Below the pieces are notes generated by a model. The model did not search any database. It was given only the letters and a program-made list of their open reading frames with translations, and was not told the origin of the DNA. A DNA stretch of 63,747 nucleotides, filler included, from Pelomyxa schiedti (Eukaryota; Protista; Evosea), in the NCBI GenBank assembly GCA_020536535.1. It is 5 parts of 5 records of this genome, joined end to end, with 100 filler letters (N's around TTAATTAATTAA, not from the genome) between each part and the next. Parts side by side here need not be neighbours in the genome. Positions count along the whole stretch, not along the records: positions 10,088 to 36,754 come from JAHLWZ010000318.1; positions 36,855 to 41,412 come from JAHLWZ010001584.1; positions 41,513 to 60,977 come from JAHLWZ010001108.1; 2 more parts are not named here. One strand, 5' to 3'. Made by a program: the position numbers and the translations under genes. Shown here one piece after another: positions 35,944-46,514 of the stretch (its first letter is position 1; the number at the start of each line of letters is the position of its first letter).

Positions 35944-36754
35944 GTGATGTACTACAACCAACCAAACGTCGTTACCACCATTACCCTCGCTGGTGGTGGT
36001 AGTAGTAACACCCACGTTGCGAACGACGAGTCACCACAACCACCTCCACCAACACATCACAACAGCCACCCCCCCTCCGCCGTCTCTGAGACAGAGAAAC
36101 AACGGATCCTGGGGATGTCGCGAGTAGTGTGGGAGCAAGTGATCGTGCCGTGGGTGCTGCAGCCCACCCTCGCCCGGCGCCACAAGTGGGCGCGCCCGCT
36201 GCGGCGCCCCGGGGCCAGGCAGCTCGCCACGGTGTCGTGCCTGCTGGCCGCGGCCGAGGCCATGTTCCCCCTCGTTGCCCTGGCCTCCCGCGCCGCGGCG
36301 CTGAGCCCCAAGTTGGTGGGGTCGTCGCCTGGGCACTACCTCCGGATCGAGCACGCCGCTGCGGCGCTGAGCCCCAAGTGCGTGGCGTGGATAATCGCCG
36401 ACAACGCGAAGAGCCGCCGAGAGCTGCGTTGCGTGGCGGCAAGAATGGTTGCTGTGAGGGAGGGGGTGCCGCTGATCTCGGCGGAGCTAGGCGTGCAAAA
36501 CAACATGACAACTGGTGGTGGTGGTGGTGGTGGGGGCGAGGTGGCGAGTGACGATGTGGATAATAATAAGAGAGACGATGATGACGAGATGGAGGAGGAG
36601 AGGAGGATGAGGAGGGAGAGGGAGTGGGTGGCTGTGCTGACGGGGCTGTGCTGTGGGGGTCACCTGGAGATGGCAAAGAGGTTCGTGGAGACAAGAAGCT
36701 GGAATGAAGAGGGCAGTGGTGGTGATGGTTGTGGTGGTGTGGTGTGGCCGAAAG
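35944..36754 (+). CDS. Lineage-specific family protein, 3'-truncated (paralog of 4028-6413)
   Basis: SRVVWEQVIVPW, MFPLVALA and VLTGLCCGGHLEMAKRFV match SKIIWEWVVVPGW, LFPLVARA and ILTGLLCGGHVDLAIKFV. Confidence 0.7.
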
Positions 36755-36854
36755 NNNNNNNNNNNNNNNNNNNNNNNNNNNNNNNNNNNNNNNNNNNNTT
36801 AATTAATTAANNNNNNNNNNNNNNNNNNNNNNNNNNNNNNNNNNNNNNNNNNNN
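36755..36854. other. Artificial contig spacer
   Basis: N44-TTAATTAATTAA-N44. Confidence 0.97.
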
Positions 36855-37353
36855 ATGCCAAAACGACTGTTTTGTGTGGGAGTAAGTGTGGGCCCTCTCA
36901 AGCTGTCGCAACACCGACCAACCACACCCACCCATGCCATTAATGTTTCCAGCACAACGACGCACAAAATCGGGACTTGGGGTAAAATGCCAAACCTACC
37001 GTTTTGCGTGGGGAGCCAGAGCCACAGCTTGAAAGTCGGGGAGTCCCGATTTTTTACAAGACCCCGAAAACCCATCAAAAAAGTTCGGGAGGCTGGGTTT
37101 CGTTCTGAACGTCGTGTGTGACCATGCTTTTGTTGTTGGAGGGATAAAAAGGGGGAGTGTGGTCTCGATCACGGGGGTGCGACACCTTATTTGGGTGTCA
37201 GGATAATTCCACTACTGTTCTGGAGTGTGACGTCTTCAAAAATCACTGCAACACGACAGTGGGCAACACAGTGTTCACGTGTGTTTCTTGTTGTCACAAC
37301 CGAATCTGGTGTTTTTTGTATTACCCCAAACCATTATTTCGTTCTCTTTTGTT

Positions 37354-38932
37354 TCACAACGCCATAGAAAAGTGATACAAAATGAGGCTGGAAGGGAACG
37401 TGATGGAGAGGAGGGTGGATGGTGACGGGGAGGAGCCGTCAGTGACATCGACCTCGTATTTACCGGCGTGATTTTTGTTCCAGAGAGTGAAGAAGAGACC
37501 CCCCTCAGCAAAGAATATCTCAATAGAACGGGATTCCCCTATTTGGGTGGTCCTCAGTGCCTGCCTGCTGTTGTTGCAGTCCCAAATGTCGCACTTCGTC
37601 ACCACGCCATCATACACAATGCAGAACTGGGAACCACTCAGCTGATAGACTCCGTGAATGGGAGTTGCATTCTTGCTGCAAGACAGAAGAGTAATCCTGC
37701 CCGTAGTCTCTTCAATTTGAGCAACAGAGGTCTCTGCATCTTCTGACATGTAGCACAGGATAAATGAATGGGCACCACCCCGCCGGGTTAGAAGCAAGCA
37801 ATTTGATGTGTAGCCAGGATAACCAATCCACTCCCCTGTGGTTGAGCTCAATTCAGTGAACTGCTTTGTGGTCCACGACTACAGTCGTGTAGTATGTTAA
37901 ATACACTCAGTTTCGCAACGAATCTTCCAGCATCCTGCCTAAAAATGCCTTGAAAGCTGGCTATCAAGGCTTCATCAGGAGCCGCATGGTTGAATATCAA
38001 ACGTACATTATTGCCCCAAGGAACATCAAACGTGGGCATGACTTCAACTGTGTGTGTGATATTGTCACTGCTGCCTGAATTTGGTGGTGAATCTTTCTGA
38101 TTCTCACCATCCAAAGGGGTGTCAGACCCAGCTGTTTCTCCCACAATTTACTAACCAGCCACTTGCCGTTCACGAAGTAACTCCTATCCCAGTCGTTCCC
38201 CAGTGAGCCAAGAACTTTACAAGAAGAGGCTTCAATGACTTGATAGCCACGGTAATTGCCAGTACGCTCCTCGACCACAGATAGAACGGTGCCTTTGCTG
38301 ACACTCAGAAGATGCCACTGGGACCTCGGGTCTCTCCAGCACTGCACATCAGATGTGATTGCCCCAGTCAGTGGTGACACTTCGAAGGTGGCCAAGTTGG
38401 CTCTGTGAATCTTCTTTGGCACACCCTTCAGGAAGAACTTGAGGCAGAACAGCCTTTTTGGAGCTTCATTCACCCAGTCCCACACCACTCTGATTGCAAC
38501 AGCTGGAAATGGGCCACTTCTCACTGATGAAAGCAACTGTGGGAAATTGCAACTGCGATTAGAATTGCACTTGGCACCACAGCGAGGGTGGGATCCCATA
38601 ATCAGTGCCGCAAACTGGTCTCGCAAGCGCACTGATTTTGTTATCACAAGGGGTATTCCAGGTACTACAGAGGGCAACGGTTGAAGGGTCTCTGACGAGG
38701 CTGTAACAGTCAATTGTTGCTGTGGCTGTAGTTGTGGTGATGATGACGAGGCAAGGGAAGGAGAAGGTGGAGTGCCCATAACCGAGTTTCGTTGGCTTGC
38801 GTCGCTTTTGGGTGCCACCGGTGTAGTTGTGAACAACAACCTCCTCAACCTCGGTTTTTTGACTTTGGGCGAATGGGCCCTCTCAGGTAGCGTTTTGCCA
38901 TAGTCTTCGTCGTCGGCTTTTTTCCCACTCAT
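37354..38932 (-). CDS. Lineage-specific multicopy family protein (QFAAL..GSHPRCG N-terminal motif, beta-rich body); possibly frameshifted
   Basis: Overlapping ORFs 37997-38932, 37848-38144 and 37354-37851 in successive frames; a paralog lies immediately adjacent. Confidence 0.6.
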
Positions 38933-39023
38933 CGCGACGTGTCGAAGGGAAATAATAATCGCGACGCTGTTACGAACGAATTAGGGGAATCTACATCATC
39001 AGAACACTCAAACACTTTGATTT

Positions 39024-41412
39024 TCAGAGGCGTTTTTGTTTTGAATGAGGAAAGGGGGCTTCTAAGGGTGCTGGTTTCACAACACCACAGAGAAGTGATG
39101 CATAAAGAGGTTGGAAGGGAACGTGATGGAGAGGAGGGTTCAGTGATGTCAAGTTCATAGTGACCAGCGTGCTGGTTGTTCCAGAGAGTGAACAGGAGGC
39201 CACCCTCAGCAAAGAAGCTCTCAACAGCGATGGGTTCCTCGATTTGGATGGTCCTCAGTGCGTGGCTTGTGTTGTTGCAGTCCCAGATCTCACACATCAC
39301 CACCCAATCAGGCACAATGCAGAAGAGTGAGCCAGTCAGCTGATAGATACCAGCAATGGATCCTCCATGCTGACTCCAAGCCAGAACAGTAACCCTGCCT
39401 GTAATCTCTTCAATTTGAGCAACAGAGGTATTGGCATCTGACTTGTAACACAGGATAAATGAATGGGCACCATCCTGCCCAGTGAGAAGCAGGCAACTTG
39501 ACATGTGAAATCCATTTTTAACAATCTGTTCAGCTGCAATCGTAGTGGAGCTAAATTCAGCAAATTGTGAAGTGCTCCATGACTGTTTGATATTTGGGGG
39601 TCAAATAACTCCAATTTCTTGGTTTTTGACACAACGATGCGACAATTTCGATTTTTTGACACAACGCTGTAGATTGTACCATTCTGTGAAATCTGTTACT
39701 AACTTGTGGTCCGGAGCCAAGGTTTTAACGCTTTTGGGGTCGTTTTGGCTGAGGTGCTGTGGCAGTCTCCTTGGGAATGGGTGCCACTTGTGAAGCTGAA
39801 GGTCTGTGTTTGTGTGGCTGTTGCTGAGGAACAGCTTGTGCTTGATTTTCTTTGAGAGAAGCCACAGTTGTTTCCATGTTTCCAGTTTTTGCAGCCCAGT
39901 CAGAGATGGCTTTCCTTCGTGCATTTGCAGATGACTTTCCTGCAAGCTGTAGGTCTGTGTCAGTGAGATGCAGCTTGTAATGTCACCAGCAATTCAGAAG
40001 AGAAATGAGAAATCCCCAGATATGCTATAAACAGTTAAAACAAAAAAAAAACTTGTGTACTTCCACAATGTACACGAACTCAGCCTTGCTCGCGAGGCTC
40101 TGAAGTCTGGCACACTTTGGCAGGATTGGAGAGATTGAGGACTGAGCCGAATCTGGACCATTACCAGAATGAGACAGCGAAGGTAATGATCAGCGCACAG
40201 CACAGCTGGGTGCACAAATACAGCAACAACAATGTGGCAGGCGGTTTTGATTACATGCACACTTGTCTGAGAATCCATTTGAACATCGCAGCATTTTAAC
40301 CCAATCGCACAACCACTCTGCAAGATTTCACACACTTTTTACCCCCTTACAACAACAACGACCAAACAAACAAGAGAACATTCTTTATTCTCTTCACTCT
40401 CACTTGTTTTCTTCCTCTGTGGGACTTATTCTCAAGCCCACAGAAGCTAACAAACTGTGGTACCTACCCTTTTTTGGTGGTTTTAGCACTGAAGTTGTTG
40501 TGGTTGTCACAGAAGGTGGAGTTTGAGGTCCTTCTTGAACAGCACATGTTGGTAGGAGTTGTATGTTATCTCTTAGAGGTGGTGGAGCTATTGGTACCAA
40601 CACAGCAATAGGAACTGTATGTTTTGGTGGGGGAAATTAGAATTCCACAAGGGGTAATCAAGACCATACATTTTATGCAACAACTCAGAAAATAAACTCT
40701 GCTCTTCAGTGACACAAGAATGAAACAACAGCTTTTTTTCAGCTGCTTTCATATGACCAATGAGCAGCTGCCCTGAGCACACCTTCAGTCAATTTGTGCA
40801 CAATCTTCAATCTTCTCTTTCTGAGTTGATGTATAAAATGTATGGTCTTGTTTCACCAGAGAAGAGATTACCCCTTGTGGAATTCCAATTTTCAGAAGAA
40901 AGCCTTGGTGGAGGAGGATTTGGGGTGTCAAAGGTGTAGAAATGTGAAGCCAATGTCATATTTGGGGACAGTGGTGATTGTGGATGTGTGTTAGACCTCG
41001 AAACCATCATGCCACAACTTCTTATGCACTACCACATACCACAACAGTTTGCCCACAATCAAACAGGTTTTTTGTAATCAATTTAGGAGAATGATACAAT
41101 CTGGTCCAGGTGCCAGAAAATTGTACTTTTTTTTTCCGGCACCCGTCCGGTTACCGCCACTTTTTGGGTTTCAAAATTTCAGCACCAATCTCCCAACAGT
41201 TGCAAAGCCGACTAATAATGCCTCATCAGGGGCTGCATGGTTGAACACCAACCGCACATCCTGTCATATGGGTGGGTGAGATAAGCTGTGTGAGTGCCCA
41301 CCAATAAAAAGGGGTGTGAGAGACAAATGGGTCCACCAGTGTTCACGAACCAACCACTTGCCATTCACGAAGTAGCCACTGTCATTCAAAGGTACTCCTG
41401 ATCCAAGAAGCT
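39024..41412 (-). pseudogene. Second copy of the 37354-38932 family, interrupted by a ~1.55-kb insertion
   Basis: 39070-39505 encodes GAHSFILCY..DA.TSVAQIEE.TGR and CEIWDCNN..ALRT as in copy 1. 41175-41385 matches the NHAAPDEAL and YFVNGKWLV exon sequence. Confidence 0.75.
39619..41174. mobile_element. Putative degenerate insertion element
   Basis: Its removal rejoins the host frame (RLVLK-LELFD versus paralog RFVAKLSVFN). AATTTC at both junctions (39613-39618, 41175-41180); internal inverted repeat; no intact transposase seen. Confidence 0.55.
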
Positions 41413-41512
41413 NNNNNNNNNNNNNNNNNNNNNNNNNNNNNNNNNNNNNNNNNNNNTTAATTAATTAANNNNNNNNNNNNNNNNNNNNNNNNNNNNNNNN
41501 NNNNNNNNNNNN
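41413..41512. other. Artificial contig spacer
   Basis: N44-TTAATTAATTAA-N44. Confidence 0.97.
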
Positions 41513-41699
41513 GAAAGATGAGAAGGACAGCATACGAGTCAGCAGAAGTATTGGAGGTAACACCCCAAGTGTTTCCAATTGCCTGCAGGTTGGTGTCCAC
41601 TGTTATTGATGCTGTGGGCAGCTGTGTCCCGAAGCTTGCTGATGCCATTCCGAACAAACAGAACGCCACCACCACTGTAACCAGGTTTGTGATTGTCAT
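41513..41699 (-). CDS. 5' fragment of a secreted or surface protein (signal peptide), truncated by the contig edge
   Basis: MTITNLVTVVVAFCLFGMASA-SFG... is open to the spacer. Confidence 0.6.
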
Positions 41700-42144
41700 T
41701 TGTATTTTATAGGTTGTTTTTGGTTTGTTGTTTTGCTGTTGCTTGCTGTTTGTGGTTGCTTTGCTGTTGCTGTTGGTTTCTTTGTTGGGTCTTAAAGCTC
41801 TCTTTTTTATATTATATATTTTGAGTTTCTCCACGACAAAAGGCTTGTTTATAAAGGCAGCCAGTTTGCCGTTCGAGTAACGAACAAATTGCTCACTGTA
41901 AGTGAAACCAATAAAAAATCGCCCAGCTCCGCTTTTCGTTCTCCCCTTTTTCCAGGCGTTTGAATCTGGGCTTGATGACCCGGTGTCCCACAAAGGCAAT
42001 TCACCGGCTTTCCTCTAGCCGTTTTTGGGCGTCTATCAAGTCCCCAGATTCCGCCCAACGGAAAAAATCCTTGTTGTTTGTTCCAAAAGCCCCTCTGGGG
42101 TTTTGTTGGCCAAACAACAACTTTTAATCAAGTGCCAGTTGATA

Positions 42145-43966
42145 TTAAGACCCCTTTCTTCCAGGTAGCAGTGGTGGTGTTGAAGAGGGCTGAATTGGCA
42201 GTCCAGAAGCAGAAGGTGAAGCCTGAGATAGTGACTGAGGTGGGTTTGCACCAGCACATATTGCCACGCACGAGGTGTGGTCCAGCTTGCCTGGGTACGT
42301 GGCGTAGTCACATGGCGTCTTGAGCTTGGGGTTGTCCTCCATCCACTTGCGCTGCACTGACGTGGCCTTGTGTGCGTAGTTGAGAAGCCGGTCCGCTGCG
42401 TTGGAGGGTGATATCAGGTGCGTGTGTGATGCCCTCATCGATGCCGGTGTCTCTTCAAGCACTTTTTTCAGAAGGTTTTGTCTGTGTATATATCGGAGTT
42501 GGAATTGTTAGATGGAATTTATTTTATTCATATAATAGTATAGTAATAATAAGGGAAATGGGAATGGGTTCTGGCCGTGTATTTTTTGCGGAGGTGTTCC
42601 CGGGCAAGGATATTTGGTTAATAGACTGAGAGAATTACCTGAATGCGGTTTTTACTTGTACAACAAGTTCACGATTATCTTGGCAGGCTGTGTCCCAGTT
42701 GGGAGCCTGTATTCTCCAAGTGGATGGAGTATCCCCGAGGACTTCAGGGTCAAGGTTATCGTGGACGCCATCTGTTACCTTGATTTGGGGTTGAATTAAC
42801 TTGGCTATTTCGGCAACCTCCGTACCAAAAGAATAAGATCACCGGCTGCGCATGCTTGGTACTGAACAGTGAGGTTTCTCAAATCTGTGGAGAGAATATA
42901 CTGTATTAAGGAAAGGATATCCTTCAAATCTGAAGCCATGCATACCGGGATCTTTGCTGTTTATGATGGGGCCCAGTCTGCCCCCAGGATCTGTAGGGTC
43001 ATTTCCACCTCTGTTATTTCCGGTGATGTCTTTAACAGTCCCGGTCTCTGCACTCCACAGGAAGGCCTGCCATCGATTGAGTGCGGAAATAAATAAAAAA
43101 ATTACTGAATACCTTGCAGTCACCAACAGATACAAATACAAACAGCCAAGTTGCCGTTGTTGGGTTTGGTTGCTTAATACGCGGGTCATCAGACTCCATC
43201 AGAATCCCGCCAATGAAAGTTGTTGACCCAACTTGTTATCAATGTATTGTAGCTAGAGTGAATGGATGTCCACGAAAAAAAAGAATACCTGACATCGTTG
43301 ATGAGTAGTGTTCAGTAATTTTTGACTCTGCTGCATTCAAAGCAAGTATTAAAACGTCGCCCGCTTGTGTTGCAGTAGTTATTTTATGCTGAATTGGACT
43401 GAGATAGTCCACAAAGGCATTGCTGGCTTTGGTGGCTGCTTCAGCTGACTGCACACCCCATCCACAACTGTAGTGAAGTGAGTTCTTGACAACCTTCATT
43501 GGTTATTTTCTTAAAAAAAGTGTGAGCACACCCATCGGCAAGAGCGGCAACAACTCGGGTTTGCCATATTCGCACGCAAAAGTGGTCACAAATAGGATCA
43601 CCCATGCGTTTTACATTTTCCCATATTGAAGGGTCTGTACCAGTGAGAGCGCCAGGTTTTTGAGGGGCACGAGGGTAATTTGAAATCGTCCTGTATTTGC
43701 ATATTTAAACAAAATGCCGAATGCCTGGAAAACAACTTGCAGGCGACCAAATTTCCACATGTACTATTGATAGGTCCACTATTGGGCCCCTCGAGAGTGC
43801 TCAAGTCAGGGGTATCTCTCACAACCGCTATCTGAAAATTGTTAAGAAAGTCAGTAGTTACTTGTGGTCTTACTCTAAAGGGAGGAACTCGAGAATAGTT
43901 ATCGGACATCATCCAGTCAAGTATCGCACTTCCTCCAGTCAAAGTTTCAGGTGGCGGTGCCGTCAT
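42145..43966 (-). CDS. PP2C-like (PPM) phosphatase-domain protein (spliced; may extend upstream)
   Basis: DPICDHF, VVAALAD|GCGWG, DPGGRLGP, GDLILL|VTDGVHDNLDP, GKLDHTSCV: the metal-binding Asp motifs of PP2C-like proteins. Confidence 0.75.
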
Positions 43967-44029
43967 AGGAGAAATTGCTTACATGTATAAGTGGGTAAAG
44001 GAAAAGAAATGCGACATACCACAGTAAAT

Positions 44030-46221
44030 GGATTCCCGCTTCTTCCTAAACATATTTCCCCATACTGGGGCGGGGATTACTTCATCTTTAGTCCTAGGAA
44101 CCTTTTTGTTGTTGTTTACGCCATGCCTATTTGCAAGCTGGAATTCTATCTATCATCCAGGTGAGTTTTGGGGAAAATGTGCAATTCAAACCTTCTCGAT
44201 GTACTGCGACACAGAATCCCGCTCCTTAGTAAGGGATTCTTTTTGTGATTCCACGGAAACCCATTCGTTCCACAATCTTTCACCAACAGAATTTATCCTA
44301 GTAAGGGACGCATCCACTTGTTCTATCTTATCGAGAAGAGTGTTCAAGTGATATGTGGAATGGTCAAGATCAAGTTGCAGAAGAGTAATTTCTTCAGCTG
44401 GAGAGGAAGTTGAGCTGGTTGCAGACGTGTTCGAAGGTCCATCGTCATCGAACTAATGCAATCAGAATTTTATTCTAATCTTATACCTTCATACTGTAGT
44501 TAATGTGTTCTTTGCGGACCGCCACTCACCCTGAAGACGCAAAGCATCACGAAGAAGCCGCTTGATGCCTATCATCCAGTATACAGCTTCCTGTTTGCAG
44601 ATGAGGAATCTAAATGAGAAGCGGCCCTACTTGCTCATTCTGTGTCTGCAGAACAACTGCCCCACTCTTCGTCCAAAGGTCTATGACAACTGCTCGATTT
44701 GTAACTTGAGACTTGCTCGCTTTCTTGTTTATAGATAATCCAAGGGCAGTGGTGAGATCAACCGTCCTCAGACAGTCTGTGTCCTACCAGGGTCAGGAGG
44801 AAAAGAGTAAAGTGCAGGCGTACCCGCTCGGAGTTAAAAAAACGTAACTTCCACAATTTGGGTTTATTTGAAACCCAGTATTTACCCGGTGGCTGAGTAG
44901 GAGTGAGTTCAGTGATAACGTACCCTTGAAGGATGAGTGAATTTTGTAAGGAACTCTCCACAATAGACTCGAAAGATTCCCCACTTACAGTAGGATGTGG
45001 TGCAGGTGTTGTTACTGGAGGTGGTAATGAAATTAGTGTCGGGGTTGGTGTTGGTGCCGCACTCTGTGGTGAGGAAGTAGTAGATAGGGAGGGTGATGGA
45101 GAAGTTGCTGGCCGAAGAATTGGGGAGGTTGGCGGTGTGCTTATGGGTGGGTTGCAAGAAGTTGTTTGGGGTAAGGGCTGCCGAACAATGGCAGGAGGTG
45201 CTTTCCGGGGTTCGGGTAATGGAGGTGTGGGTGAATGAGATGGCACTGAGGTGGGGTCAGCTGAAGGAAGGTCCGTTATCGGGGGTGGCAGAATGTCTGG
45301 GGTGGGTTGCTGCAGAGAGACTATTTTAGCCTCCAACTCGGAAAGAAATGCGTCCCCAAAATGAGCTTTCAATGGGACAAGAGACGAATAAGACAACTCA
45401 AGAGTTTTTTTCAAGTCACCTTTGAGCAAGGCAATTTTATTTCTTGTGAAGGTCAGTTCTATTTTGAAGAAATCCACCCAATATTCCCTCTTTTATTCTT
45501 TCTGTTACCCATCAATAAGGCGAAGGACATATTCAATAATGCATTCTATCTCCCACAGACATAGTAATAGTGCTAGTGTAAATTTAATAACACTTGGGTT
45601 CTAAGGAACTTTCTTAAGAGGAAAATAATGTGATCTAATGGAGAGTACAGAAGCAGCTTCGCCAGAGAAGAAAGATAAAGAAGGCTCGACATATTCTTTT
45701 ACTCGTTCCACATCAAATACACTCAATACCTACTCATAACAACATTAATACTTTGCCCGAGTACGAACGGAATCGATTCTGCACACAGATATACACACCC
45801 TTTTCAAGTTTCCCAGAACCGAAGTGATGAGCCTCATATTAACCTGGTCCACAAAGTCCTTCAGTGAGTCTATCCTCCTGACACAAGTGACCTTTGCCCT
45901 CACAGAAGCCACACAACCCCCAAGTGCCACAAGTCCCTCCCTGGCCACATTCACCTGCCCAATTCCCATCCCCTGATTATTGCCACTAATACCAGCACTA
46001 ACAGTAGTATTAACATTGCTTCCTTGTTGTTGCTGTTGCTGTAATTTCTGAAGTGTTGTGACACTTGCATCACTTTGTGAGTGTTGATGATGGTATAATT
46101 GTGTTGGTTGTTTGACGTTGTTGCTGTTGTGGGTGTTGGTTGTGGTGGGGGTGCCAGGTGGGCGTGATGGCGGTGGTGGTATTATGGGAGGTGGAGGTAT
46201 TTCATATGTGTCTGGTTGCAT
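44030..46221 (-). CDS. Pro-rich, coiled-coil protein with a PH-like domain (spliced; ends uncertain)
   Basis: ORFs 45745-46221 and 44758-45477; LQGYV..K.WKLRFF and VVLQTQNEQ|EAVYWMIGIKRLL form a PH-like pattern, followed by heptads. Confidence 0.5.
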
Positions 46222-46514
46222 TTCCTAGCTTTCCTTCCTTTTCTTCCTCCCCTTTTGGTGCTTTTGTTTGTTTGTGTTGGGTACTAGTGCTGCTGTTGCT
46301 GTGTTGACACTGTGACTGTTGGAAATTTTGTGTTTGTTTTTGTTTAGGGTTGATGTTGATTCGGCACGATTCGAGCGAAAACAATTTTTGCATCAAAAAA
46401 ATGAATACGACGAAAGATGTGGGTGGCTGTAACTATGTTGTGTGGATGTGCTATTTGTTTGTGTACAGGGTACTTTGAGGAAATGTGGCGTATGGCATAT
46501 CAGGGCAGTCAGCA

